The notes: generated by a model from the sequence alone, not told the origin. A DNA stretch of 64,000 bases from an uncultured Rickettsiales bacterium (GCA_964639985.1 CAZXHG010000011.1:7871-71870); one strand, 5' to 3'. Shown: positions 9,829 to 18,833, counted from the first letter of the stretch. Numbers and translations are program-made.

Positions 9829-11091
9829 TCAGCGACGCTTTCGCGTGACCAGCGCAAAAAGCGCTCCTCCGGCGATGAGCGGGAGCAGCGTGAGGAGGAC
9901 CGCGATGCGCTGGCTGCCCGTTGCGGAGGCCACGAGACCGAACAGCAACGGCCCCGCCACGGTCGAGGACTTGGTGACCAGGGCGTACAGCCCGAACGAG
10001 AGTCCAGCGGAGTCCTGTGGGTACAGCCGGGAGTACCAGGCCCGCATCAGCGCCTGGGTCGAGCCGAGAACCCCGGCGCCGAGCAGTGAGACCGTTGCGT
10101 AGTGAGCCGCGGTGGAGGAGGCGGCCAGACCAGCCAACAGCAGACACCAGGCTCCGACGGTCGCCAACAGCACCGGACGTGTGCCGAACCTCCGGGCGAG
10201 GCGACCGGCCAGCGCCGTGGCCGGGAAGGCCAGCAGCTGCACCGACACGAAGATCACGCCGATCGTCCGGATTGGCAGTTGCAGGGTCTCGCGGCCGAAG
10301 AGGGCCGAGAAGAACATGACGGTGACGATGCCTTCGTTGATCAGCCAGAAGGCGAGCAGGGTCTTGAACAGGGTCGGCCTGGCGACCGCGCGCACCGCCG
10401 CGCCGAGATCCAGGCCGAGTCGACCTGATTCGCGCGGCAGGAGCCGCACGGCGACCGCGGCGAACACGCCGAAGAACACCGCGGTCACCCACAGTCCCGG
10501 AGCAGCCGGGGTCAGCGAATTGCCCTGGACCAGTAGAACCAGCGCCAGGCAGACCACGCCGCCGAGGTAGCCGAATCCCCAGGCAAACGTCGACGTGCCG
10601 GCGCGGTCGTCGCCGAGGTGGGAGAGGTACGAGTCGCAGAGGGCGACGGACAGCACGTACAGCGCGTGCGTGGCGACGAACGTGATGCCGACCAATGCAG
10701 CCGCGGAGTTCGTCCTGCTTGCCAGCACCGCGAGCGCAAACACCCCCGAGACCGCCAGCAGGACGACCGTGCCGAGCACCGCCCGGCGAGATCGCCGGTC
10801 GGCAGCATATCCGAGGAGTGGCGCCGTCACGCCAGCGACCACCACGGACGCAGAAACACACAGACCCCACCAGAAGTCCGCGCGGCCGTCGTCGACGAGC
10901 AGTTGCTCGCGGAACCACAACGGGAACAGGAACATGCCGAACACGACCACGTATCCGGAGTTGGCGAAGTCGTAGAGGAAGAACCCCCAGCGACCCTTCC
11001 TGTCCGCAGCTGTGGCCATGTGGCTCGACTCGACTCCCGCGGTTGCGTCCGTGCCTGGAGCTGGTGTGGTTCCACGCACCGTCAGCTTCAT
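9829..11091 (-). CDS. MFS transporter, UMF1/Atg22-like family
   Basis: WGFFLYDFANSGY signature and 12 predicted TM segments; alternative starts at 11130 and 11019. Confidence 0.75.
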   Translation of the reverse strand: MKLTVRGTTPAPGTDATAGVESSHMATAADRKGRWGFFLYDFANSGYVVVFGMFLFPLWFREQLLVDDGRADFWWGLCVSASVVVAGVTAPLLGYAADRRSRRAVLGTVVLLAVSGVFALAVLASRTNSAAALVGITFVATHALYVLSVALCDSYLSHLGDDRAGTSTFAWGFGYLGGVVCLALVLLVQGNSLTPAAPGLWVTAVFFGVFAAVAVRLLPRESGRLGLDLGAAVRAVARPTLFKTLLAFWLINEGIVTVMFFSALFGRETLQLPIRTIGVIFVSVQLLAFPATALAGRLARRFGTRPVLLATVGAWCLLLAGLAASSTAAHYATVSLLGAGVLGSTQALMRAWYSRLYPQDSAGLSFGLYALVTKSSTVAGPLLFGLVASATGSQRIAVLLTLLPLIAGGALFALVTRKRR

Positions 11092-11136
11092 CTTAAGCTC
11101 GCCTCTCGCATGGCGCGCATCCGCGGGCAACCAACG

Positions 11137-12075
11137 TCATGGTGGCTGGCCGCGCACGAGGGCCCGTGCGCTCCAGGCCGGAGGAGGGAACGTGTACCTC
11201 GGGAACCGAACCCGCGCCGCTCCACGGCGCCATCGCCGCGAAGCCCTGGTGTAGTCATCCCTGACTCCTCGGAGCTCGTCTCGGTAGTCCCCCCACACGG
11301 CCACGTCCGCAGCGTGGCACACGGGCGCGGGGCGGCGTTCCGGCCGCCTGCCTGGTCGACCGTGCGGGTCCTGGTTCCTGATGCGTGCCACACCCAGCGC
11401 CCGCGAGCCGTTCTTGCGGTGCATTTGCCGGGTCCGCCTCTCGATGCGTCGGATCACTCGCCTGAACCAGGCTCGTTGCTCGTCCACCGTCTTGTCGGCC
11501 AGGAACGGCGGTGACATGAGGTGGATCTCGTAGCGAGTCGCGTAGTCGTACCTGCCAATGCGTTCACCTCGGCGCCTTGCTCTGCTCTCGGCCGTGCGAT
11601 CGAACCAGGTGCCGCGGAGGGGCTCGCCCTCGAGCACCGCCTTGACGCTGTTGACCCCAGGCCACTGGCAGGGCCGGTTGATCAGTCCCTCCTTGCATCC
11701 CTGCTCCAGCACGTCCTCGATTCGCTCGCCGAGCGCCTCGTCGTCGAGCACGGCGGCGGCGGAGAACCGCTTGCTCCACACGCTCTCTTCCCAGCTGTGG
11801 AGTCTGCCCACTTCCTTGGCGAGGTTGCCCTTGAAGAAGCACATGAACTCCGACTGGGTCACGGAGTCCGGGATCCACACGAGCATGTGGATGTGGTTGG
11901 ACATCACGTGGATCGCTATCAACCGCACCGGGTAGTACTCCATGGCCTTGCCGAGTACGCCGACAACGAGTTCATTGAGCTCCTCGGACGGCCTCAGCAG
12001 ATACCGCCGCTGCACTGCCCGGCAGGTGATCTCGACGATCGAACCAGGCTTGAAATAACGGATTGGGCGTCCCAT
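11137..12075 (-). CDS. IS200/IS605-family Y1 (HUH) transposase-like protein (RAYT-like), possibly domesticated
   Basis: HIHMLV HuH motif and Transposase_17-like core; 312 aa with Arg-rich tail; no paired TnpB or terminal inverted repeats seen. Confidence 0.65.
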   Translation of the reverse strand: MGRPIRYFKPGSIVEITCRAVQRRYLLRPSEELNELVVGVLGKAMEYYPVRLIAIHVMSNHIHMLVWIPDSVTQSEFMCFFKGNLAKEVGRLHSWEESVWSKRFSAAAVLDDEALGERIEDVLEQGCKEGLINRPCQWPGVNSVKAVLEGEPLRGTWFDRTAESRARRRGERIGRYDYATRYEIHLMSPPFLADKTVDEQRAWFRRVIRRIERRTRQMHRKNGSRALGVARIRNQDPHGRPGRRPERRPAPVCHAADVAVWGDYRDELRGVRDDYTRASRRWRRGAARVRFPRYTFPPPAWSARALVRGQPP

Positions 12076-12146
12076 TCACCCCAACCTTGGCAAGGTTCGT
12101 GCCAGGGGCGACGTGTAACGTTCGTGGAGATTGACGAGCAGGCGAC

Positions 12147-12186
12147 CGTTCGATTTCCGGACGGTGCGTTCGATTTCCGGACGGTC
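12147..12186. repeat. tandem 2 x 20-bp direct repeat CGTTCGATTTCCGGACGGT(G/C)
   Basis: read directly; noncoding spacer between the transposase-like gene and the REC-EAL gene. Confidence 0.8.
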
Positions 12187-12187
12187 T

Positions 12188-12233
12188 GGGAAAACGGGTG
12201 GCACCGGGGTGGATTGGGAAAGCGGGTGGCACC
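12188..12233. repeat. two copies of GGGAAA(A/G)CGGGTGGCACC spaced 28 bp apart
   Basis: read directly; the 17-mer GGAAAACGGGTGGCACC recurs inside the cyclase gene at 29252-29268. Confidence 0.75.
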
Positions 12234-12313
12234 CGAAAAAAGCGGCTGTTCTAAGAACCTGCCCGATACCGGACAGTGTGATGGTGCTCTATCATCGCGA
12301 TGAGGGGTCATCC

Positions 12314-13456
12314 ATGAGCACGTCTCGAGTCCTGGTCGTCGACGATGAACGAGCCATCCGCCGTGGCATTGCGCGGGTGCTGGAGAGGCACGGATTCGAG
12401 GTTGCCACCGCGAGCGATGGTCAGTGTGCTTCGGAGTGGTTGGACGACCATGGGTGTGATGTGGTCGTGTGCGATATCAGCATGCCACGGCTGGATGGGT
12501 TGGGGCTGTTACGCCACGTTTCGCGGTTCGACCTGGACATCCCGGTGGTGTTGATCACGGGCGCGCCCACGCTGGAGTCGGCGATCCAGGCGATCGAGTA
12601 CGGAGCCTTCCACTACCTGACCAAGCCCTTCGAGCCCCGCGAACTGCTGAAGACGGTGGTGCGGGCCGCCCATCTGCGGCGTATGGCCTCGCTGAAGGCG
12701 CAGGCGCTGGCGCTCTCCGGCCTGCCCGGGGGGCGGGCCGGCGACCTGGGCGCGCTGACCGCGAGTTTCGAGCGGGCGCTGGGGTCACTTTGGATGGCGT
12801 ATCAGCCCATCCTGCGGGCCTCCGACGGCAGCGTGATGGGGTACGAGGCGCTGATGCGCACCGAAGATCCCGGTCTCCCGCACCCGGGGGCCATGCTGGA
12901 TGCGGCCGAGAGGTTGGCTCGCTTGCCGGAGCTCGGACGGGCCGTGCGCTCCCGGGCGGTCGGGCCGATGATTGACCAGCCGGGCCTGCTGTTCATCAAT
13001 CTCCACCCCCGCGATCTGGACGACGAGAACCTGTGGTCCGTCGAGGCACCGCTCACCAGCATGGCGGAGCGGACGGTGCTGGAGATCACGGAGCGGGCCT
13101 CGCTGGAGAACGTGCGCAGCGTGCGCAAGCGGGTCGAGGCGTTGCGGGACCTGGGCTTCCGCATCGCGGTCGACGACCTCGGAGCCGGGTACGCGGGCCT
13201 GACGAGCTTTGCCTCGTTGCAGCCTGATTTCGTCAAGTACGACATGAGCCTGGTCCGCGGTGTGCACCGGGATCCGGTGCGGCAGAAGTTGATCCGGTCG
13301 ATGACCGATCTGTGCGTGGAGATGGGGATCGAGGTCGTGGCCGAGGGCATCGAGACGCCCGAGGAGCGAGATGTGCTGGCGAAGCTGGGGTGCCACCTGC
13401 TGCAGGGCTTCCGCTTCGGAAAGCCCGGCCCTCCATTCCCCGAGGTGACCTGGTAG
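12314..13456 (+). CDS. response regulator with EAL c-di-GMP phosphodiesterase domain (REC-EAL)
   Basis: REC VLVVDDE...D; EAL motifs YEALMR, EITE, DDLGAGYAGL, KYDMSLV; ATG 12314 after GAGGGG. Confidence 0.85.
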   Translation: MSTSRVLVVDDERAIRRGIARVLERHGFEVATASDGQCASEWLDDHGCDVVVCDISMPRLDGLGLLRHVSRFDLDIPVVLITGAPTLESAIQAIEYGAFHYLTKPFEPRELLKTVVRAAHLRRMASLKAQALALSGLPGGRAGDLGALTASFERALGSLWMAYQPILRASDGSVMGYEALMRTEDPGLPHPGAMLDAAERLARLPELGRAVRSRAVGPMIDQPGLLFINLHPRDLDDENLWSVEAPLTSMAERTVLEITERASLENVRSVRKRVEALRDLGFRIAVDDLGAGYAGLTSFASLQPDFVKYDMSLVRGVHRDPVRQKLIRSMTDLCVEMGIEVVAEGIETPEERDVLAKLGCHLLQGFRFGKPGPPFPEVTW

Positions 13457-13480
13457 GACGGGCGAGAGGGCGGGGACCTG

Positions 13481-15916
13481 ATGAAAGACCTCGAGACGTT
13501 GATCCTCGAGAACGAGGACTGGTTGATGGAGCGCGTGCTGAGGTACGCGCTGGACCGCGGGTATTCGAAGTACACCTCGACGCTGGTCGAGGCCTGGAGA
13601 CTCTCGATCCAGGGAATCTCCGGGGCCTTGGTCACGGCGATCCGAGCCAGCGGCGGGGACCTGGAACTGGGGCCGGACGACGACTACACGAGGGACCCGG
13701 CCATGGCCTTCGGCATCGAGGAAGCGCGGCGTCACCGCGAACGCGGGATCGCGCCGCCCATGTTCCTCGGGTTGCTCAAGTACTACCGACAGACCTACCT
13801 CGACCTGATCGATTTCCAGGATCTGGACCAGGAGGTGGCTTGCCGGTGGCGAGACACGTCGAACCGGTTCTACGACCGCCTCGAGCTCGGGCTCTCCCAG
13901 GAATGGGCGATCGGCGGAGGCCAGGGGCGCCTGGACGAGGTACGGGCACGACACCGGGAGATCGTGAACGAGAAGAACAAGTACCTCACGCTGTTCGAGA
14001 GCCTGCGCATACCGGTCATGCTCGTGGACCAGGCCCTTCATGTCGTGGGGGCCAATCGTCACGCGGCCGAGACCTTTCCACCGCTCTCGGCCTGGGCGGA
14101 CAAGTATGCGGACAGGCCCCCTGCTCCCCACCCCCTCCCATTCCTCGCCGACCAGATCGAAGAGATCGCCAGGGCGGGAATCGAGGCCGTCGACGTGGAG
14201 TGTCGACTGGCGACCGGCGAGGATCAGCGCTGGTATCAAGCGCATATCTGTCCGATGGTCGACGTGAGCCAGAAGTTCGATGGTGCCGTGATAGCCCTGC
14301 ACGACGTATCGCACAGGCGGGACAACGAGGAGCGGCTTCGCCGCACCCGTGCCGAGCTCTCGGAGCAGGTGGACGAGCGGACGGCCGCGCTGGCCGAGAC
14401 CGCCGAGCGCCTGGCCGAGGCGCAACGGATCGGACGCATGGGGAACTGGGACTGGAACATCCTCACCAACGATCTGGTGTGGAGCGATGAGATCTACCGG
14501 ATCTTCGGCCTGCAACCCCAGGAGTTCGGTGCCAGCTATCCGGCGTTCATCGAGCGTGTACATGCAGAGGACAGGGAGCGCGTCGAGCGGGCGGTCGCGC
14601 GCGCCGTCGATGGAGAGATCGACTACGCGATCGACCACCGCATCGTGCTCCCCGACGGGCTGGTGCGGACCGTGCACGAGCAAGGCGAGGTGTTCCGCGA
14701 TGGTGGCGGCCAGCCGGTCCGCATGGTCGGAACCGTGGTCGACATCACCGAGCGGCAGCTGCTCGAGGAGCAGCTGCGCCAGTCGCAGAAGATGGAGGCC
14801 GTGGGCCGGCTGGCGGGCGGCGTCGCCCACGACTTCAACAACATGCTGCAGGCGATCCTGATGCACCTGGGCTTCGCGGCCGACGACCTCGCGACCCCCG
14901 AGCAGCGCGAGGAGGATCTCGAGGAGATTCGCAGGGCCACCGAGAAGGCCACGGAGCTCACCCGGCAGCTGCTGGTGTTCAGCCGCCGCCAGGTGCTGCA
15001 CCTCGAGCGGATCGACCTCGACGAGTTGCTCGAGCACATGTCACGGATGCTGCGACGGCTGCTCGGTGTGGATATCGAACTGCACTACGAGCCCTCCGCG
15101 GACCTGGGTACCGTGCGCGCCGACCGGGGCCAGCTCGAGCAGGTGATCCTCAACCTGTGCCTCAACGCGCGCGACGCCATGCCCGACGGCGGCCGGCTGA
15201 CCCTCGATTTGCGCAACTGCCTGCTGGACTCGGTGTATCGCCAGAGCCACCCCTGGGTCGCGCCGGGCGCCATGGTCCAGCTCTCCGTCTCCGATACCGG
15301 CTGCGGCATGAGCAACGAGGTCCAGGCACAGATCTTCGAGCCCTTCTTCACGACCAAGGGCCCCCAGGAGGGCACCGGGCTGGGGCTGGCCACTGCCTGG
15401 GGCGTGGTCAAGCAGCACGAGGGGTTGATCCACGTGTACAGCGAGCCCGGCCAGGGCAGCACCTTCCGGGTGTACCTGCCCCTGGACGAGACCCCGGACG
15501 AGACCTGGACCGGATCGGGGGAGGAGGGCGTGTACACCGGCGGCAGCGAGACGCTGCTGGTGGCCGAGGACGACCCTGGCATCCGCACGGCGCTGGAGCG
15601 AGGGCTCACGCGCGCAGGCTACACGGTGATCCTCGCCTGCGACGGGCAGGAGGCGCAGGGGCTCTTCGACCAGCACCGCGACACCATCGCGATGGCCATA
15701 CTCGACGTGGTCATGCCCGAGGCCAGCGGCCGCGAGGTGTACGACCACATCCACCTGCGGGCTCCGCGCCTGCCGGTGCTTTTCAGCAGCGGCTACAGCT
15801 CGTCCTCGATCCACAAGCAGCAGATCCTCGACCGGCGCAAGGAGCTGATCGAGAAGCCCTACGACATGCGCGAGCTGCTGGGCAGGATCCGGGATCTGCT
15901 GGACCGGGTGGACTGA
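13481..15916 (+). CDS. PAS-domain hybrid sensor histidine kinase (PAS-HisKA-HATPase-REC)
   Basis: PAS repeats, H-box HDFNNMLQAI, G1/G2 boxes, C-terminal receiver; 24 bp downstream of the REC-EAL gene. Confidence 0.85.
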   Translation: MKDLETLILENEDWLMERVLRYALDRGYSKYTSTLVEAWRLSIQGISGALVTAIRASGGDLELGPDDDYTRDPAMAFGIEEARRHRERGIAPPMFLGLLKYYRQTYLDLIDFQDLDQEVACRWRDTSNRFYDRLELGLSQEWAIGGGQGRLDEVRARHREIVNEKNKYLTLFESLRIPVMLVDQALHVVGANRHAAETFPPLSAWADKYADRPPAPHPLPFLADQIEEIARAGIEAVDVECRLATGEDQRWYQAHICPMVDVSQKFDGAVIALHDVSHRRDNEERLRRTRAELSEQVDERTAALAETAERLAEAQRIGRMGNWDWNILTNDLVWSDEIYRIFGLQPQEFGASYPAFIERVHAEDRERVERAVARAVDGEIDYAIDHRIVLPDGLVRTVHEQGEVFRDGGGQPVRMVGTVVDITERQLLEEQLRQSQKMEAVGRLAGGVAHDFNNMLQAILMHLGFAADDLATPEQREEDLEEIRRATEKATELTRQLLVFSRRQVLHLERIDLDELLEHMSRMLRRLLGVDIELHYEPSADLGTVRADRGQLEQVILNLCLNARDAMPDGGRLTLDLRNCLLDSVYRQSHPWVAPGAMVQLSVSDTGCGMSNEVQAQIFEPFFTTKGPQEGTGLGLATAWGVVKQHEGLIHVYSEPGQGSTFRVYLPLDETPDETWTGSGEEGVYTGGSETLLVAEDDPGIRTALERGLTRAGYTVILACDGQEAQGLFDQHRDTIAMAILDVVMPEASGREVYDHIHLRAPRLPVLFSSGYSSSSIHKQQILDRRKELIEKPYDMRELLGRIRDLLDRVD

Positions 15917-15958
15917 CCTCGCGGCACGCGATATGTCGAACTCTGCCGATCCGGGGAG

Positions 15959-17152
15959 CTACTCGGCGACCACGTCCATGAACATCTGGGTCAGCTGGGC
16001 GTGTCCGTCCGGGTTGGGGTGGATGCAGGTGAAGTCGAACCACTCGGCGGTGTTGGCGCCGCGGTAGCACGGCGCGGTCGGATCGTCGGCGTTGAAGCCG
16101 TGGCCGCAGAACTCCTCCAGCGCGAAGATCATGTCGACTTGATTATCCACGGCGATCGACATGAACTCCTCGTTGGCGTGGATGACCATCTCGGCCAGCT
16201 CGTCGGGATCGTCCCAGGGTGCGCCGAATCCTGCCAGCGCGGCCGCGGGGCAGGCGTCGGTGTCGCCGGTGCCGTCCGTGAACTCGAACATGTTGGCGAA
16301 CACCACGTACACGCCGTTGGGGAAGCGGTCCGGCGGGTCGAAGAACCACTGCACGGACTCGCGGAGGAGCTCGGTGAACTCGTAGACGTCGTCCCAGATG
16401 TCGGCGTAGGGTACGCCGTCGAGGCCATCCTGGGTGATGTTGGCGATGTCGTTCCCGCCGATGGTCATCACCACCAGCGTGGTCTTGTGCCGCTCGTCTT
16501 CGGGGATGCAGTCCTCGATCTGGGAGCCGTCCTGCATCAGGTCGTCGGTGCGCGCGCCCCACTCGGAGCAGGCGGCGAAGTCCCCGGACTCCTGCACCAG
16601 CGGCGTGCCGTCGAACACGTTGACCATGTCCCACAGCGCGCCGGGCGGCTCCAGGCCGAACTGCACGGCCAGCTCGTCGGCGAGCGTGGCGCGGTAGTAG
16701 TCGCTCGAGGACCATGGCGGTGTGCCGGTGGTCACCGAGTCGCCCACGAACACCACCCGCTCCACGCCCACGATGTCCTGGTGGTCGGTGCCGTAGCAGT
16801 GGCTGCCGACCGCGGGGCCGAACTGGTCGTAGTCCGGGCCCATCGGAGGCGCGTTGACGAACGCGTTGGCGTAGCACTCGGTGACGGTCAGGTCGGGCTC
16901 GCCGCCGCTGGTGTCGTCGTCGCCGACGTCCTCCGTGTCGTCGTCGGTGACGTCGTCATCCACGTCGTCGTCGTCCGCGTCGTCGTCGTTCGCGTCGTCG
17001 TCGTCTCCGATGGGGGTGTCGTCGTCGTCCGCCATCGAGTCGTCGTCCCCCGCGGGGGGGCCGTCCCCGGGCGGCTCGTCACCCCAGGTCGTCTCACACC
17101 CGCACACCAGCAATCCCGCGCAGAGCGCACCCAGCAACGTCCGATGATCCAT
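15959..17152 (-). CDS. secreted SGNH/GDSL-family hydrolase lipoprotein with poly-Asp linker
   Basis: lipobox LLVCGC; GDSV block VFVGDSVT; C-terminal DxxH; 60-aa Asp-rich tract. Confidence 0.75.
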   Translation of the reverse strand: MDHRTLLGALCAGLLVCGCETTWGDEPPGDGPPAGDDDSMADDDDTPIGDDDDANDDDADDDDVDDDVTDDDTEDVGDDDTSGGEPDLTVTECYANAFVNAPPMGPDYDQFGPAVGSHCYGTDHQDIVGVERVVFVGDSVTTGTPPWSSSDYYRATLADELAVQFGLEPPGALWDMVNVFDGTPLVQESGDFAACSEWGARTDDLMQDGSQIEDCIPEDERHKTTLVVMTIGGNDIANITQDGLDGVPYADIWDDVYEFTELLRESVQWFFDPPDRFPNGVYVVFANMFEFTDGTGDTDACPAAALAGFGAPWDDPDELAEMVIHANEEFMSIAVDNQVDMIFALEEFCGHGFNADDPTAPCYRGANTAEWFDFTCIHPNPDGHAQLTQMFMDVVAE

Positions 17153-17173
17153 GTCCCTGTCTCCTTCCCCTCG

Positions 17174-17827
17174 TCAGGCCCCGAAGCCCGTCAACCCGGG
17201 CATGCGTCCGCGGTACAGGCCGTCCACCAGCGTGGCCAGCTGCTTGAGCGCGTCCACGCCCTTCCGGGTCCGCTCCGGCTCCTGGTAGATCCCGGCCACG
17301 GCCAGGCCGGTGAGCACGGCGAACGCGAACTGTGGCGTCTGCCGGTAGATGGCGTCGATCGAGCCGGAGCGGGGGAAGATGTCCTGGTACAGCCGGCGGA
17401 CCCCCTGCTCGAACTCGGAGATGACCTCCCGCACGCTGGCCCGCAGCGCCGGGTCGGTCCGCGCCGCCACCACCAGCTCCAGCCACGCGTAGTGGCTCGG
17501 CCCCGAGAACGACGACCACAGCTGCTCCATGGCCCAGGCCGCGCGGTCCGCCTCCACGGGCAGCTCGGAGAACGCCGCCTCGAAGTCCGCGAGCTGTCGC
17601 TGCAGCACGAAGCCGACCGCGGCCGCCACCAGGTCCGCCCGGGTGGGGTAGTGGTGCAGCATGGCCCCGCGGGACAGGCCGCAGCGCCGCAGGATCTCCG
17701 GTGTGGAGGTGCGCGCGTAGCCGAGTTCGACCAGGCAGTCGAAGGTCGCGGTCAACAGGCGCGCGCGCGTGGCTGCGCTGCGCTCCTGCTGGCGGTTGCC
17801 GTTGCTCTTCGGGTTGGCTCGGGTCAT
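17174..17827 (-). CDS. TetR-family transcriptional regulator
   Basis: N-terminal HTH typical of TetR/AcrR; 217 aa; 21 bp upstream of the SGNH hydrolase on the same strand. Confidence 0.85.
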   Translation of the reverse strand: MTRANPKSNGNRQQERSAATRARLLTATFDCLVELGYARTSTPEILRRCGLSRGAMLHHYPTRADLVAAAVGFVLQRQLADFEAAFSELPVEADRAAWAMEQLWSSFSGPSHYAWLELVVAARTDPALRASVREVISEFEQGVRRLYQDIFPRSGSIDAIYRQTPQFAFAVLTGLAVAGIYQEPERTRKGVDALKQLATLVDGLYRGRMPGLTGFGA

Positions 17828-17828
17828 G

Positions 17829-17846
17829 ACAGTCAGCGCTGACTGT
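17829..17846. promoter_or_regulatory. perfect 18-bp palindrome ACAGTCAGCGCTGACTGT, putative TetR operator O1
   Basis: abuts the TetR start codon; perfect dyad symmetry. Confidence 0.55.
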
Positions 17847-17878
17847 TGTCTGGTCGGGCGCCCGAGTCAATGAAAAAA

Positions 17879-17894
17879 AGTCAGCGCTGACTGT
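17879..17894. promoter_or_regulatory. second copy AGTCAGCGCTGACTGT, putative TetR operator O2
   Basis: 16-bp palindromic core identical to O1, 50 bp upstream. Confidence 0.5.
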
Positions 17895-18017
17895 ATTATC
17901 ATCGGCCTCGGCGATCACCGGGGGCGGTCGTCGCGAGTGTTCCCTGGCGCGATCTTGCCGAACCGACTCCTCGCGATCCGGCCCACGGGGACGCACGGCT
18001 CCAGCCGAAGCGCCGGA

Positions 18018-18632
18018 TCAGCGCTTCTCGAGCACCTCGTCGCGACAGTCGGGGCAGATCCCGTGCGTGAAGCGCACACCGGCGCGGGCGGCCAGGTAGC
18101 TCTCCAGCGTGTGCCAGTACGCCTCGTCGTCGCGGACCTTGTTGCACCACGCGCAGATCGGCAGCAGGTCCTGCAGGGACTGGACCTCGGCCAGGGCCTG
18201 CTCCAGCTCGTCGACGGTGCGCTCCAGCCGCGCCGTACGTTCGTCGACCTGCGCCTGGAGCCGTCGGATCCGCAGCCCGGCGCGGATCCGCGCCAGCAGC
18301 TCCCGCGGGTCGAACGGCTTGCCCACGAAGTCGTCGGCGCCCAGGTCCAGGGCCATGACCGTGTCGTCCCGTTCGGACCGGACCGTGAGCATGATCACGT
18401 ACAGGGCCTCGGTGCGCGGCTCGGCGCGCAACGCCCTGACCAGCTCCGGGCCGTCCATGCCCGGCATCATCCAGTCGGTGAGCACCAGGTCAGGGAGGTT
18501 GCCCTCGAGCAGCTCGAGCGCCTCGGCCCCGTCTCCGGTGGTCAGCACCGAGTAGCCGGCCTTCTCCAGGGTGCGGCGCAGGTGCAGGCGTGTGGCGCGG
18601 TCATCCTCCACCAACAGGACGGTCTCGGCCAT
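18018..18632 (-). CDS. response regulator, REC plus C-terminal Cys4 (CxxC...HGxCPxC) putative zinc-binding output domain
   Basis: REC LLVEDD...D; C-terminal ICAWCNKVRDDEAYW...HGICPDC. Confidence 0.8.
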   Translation of the reverse strand: MAETVLLVEDDRATRLHLRRTLEKAGYSVLTTGDGAEALELLEGNLPDLVLTDWMMPGMDGPELVRALRAEPRTEALYVIMLTVRSERDDTVMALDLGADDFVGKPFDPRELLARIRAGLRIRRLQAQVDERTARLERTVDELEQALAEVQSLQDLLPICAWCNKVRDDEAYWHTLESYLAARAGVRFTHGICPDCRDEVLEKR

Positions 18633-18833
18633 GGGATCTCCCTCGTCCGGTCCACCTTAGCACCGGGGTTTTCTCCGCTCCCGGGGTGTTTTTTTTCTCA
18701 CAACCTGTTCGGATCTCCCCACAACCAGTGAAACGCGCACGGCGATCACCCGGGCCGGGATCCGCGTGATGAGCGCCCGGCGGCGAGAGGAGCAGGGACC
18801 TTGTCGGCATCTGCACTGTTCGATTCCGAGGAG

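Noticed and set aside
12147-12233. Short tandem repeats considered as a CRISPR array
   Set aside because: Only two copies of each unit, with no unique spacers of regular length and no cas genes in the window.
12195-12235. Possible sigma-54 promoter (two TGGCAC elements upstream of the REC-EAL gene)
   Set aside because: Neither TGGCAC is followed by TTGC at the -12 position with correct spacing (off by 2-3 nt). The TGGCACC cores are better explained as part of the direct-repeat family.
18640-18700. GC-rich inverted repeat followed by a T8 run (CACCGGGG...CCCGGGGTGTTTTTTTT), a possible terminator
   Set aside because: The stem is imperfect and it sits in a divergent promoter region with no upstream plus-strand gene to terminate. 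It may instead be a regulatory element, and I have not called it.
17937-18731. 264-aa plus-strand ORF in the TetR-receiver spacer
   Set aside because: It mostly overlaps the response regulator gene 18018-18632 in antisense. The receiver has clear REC motifs and this ORF has none.
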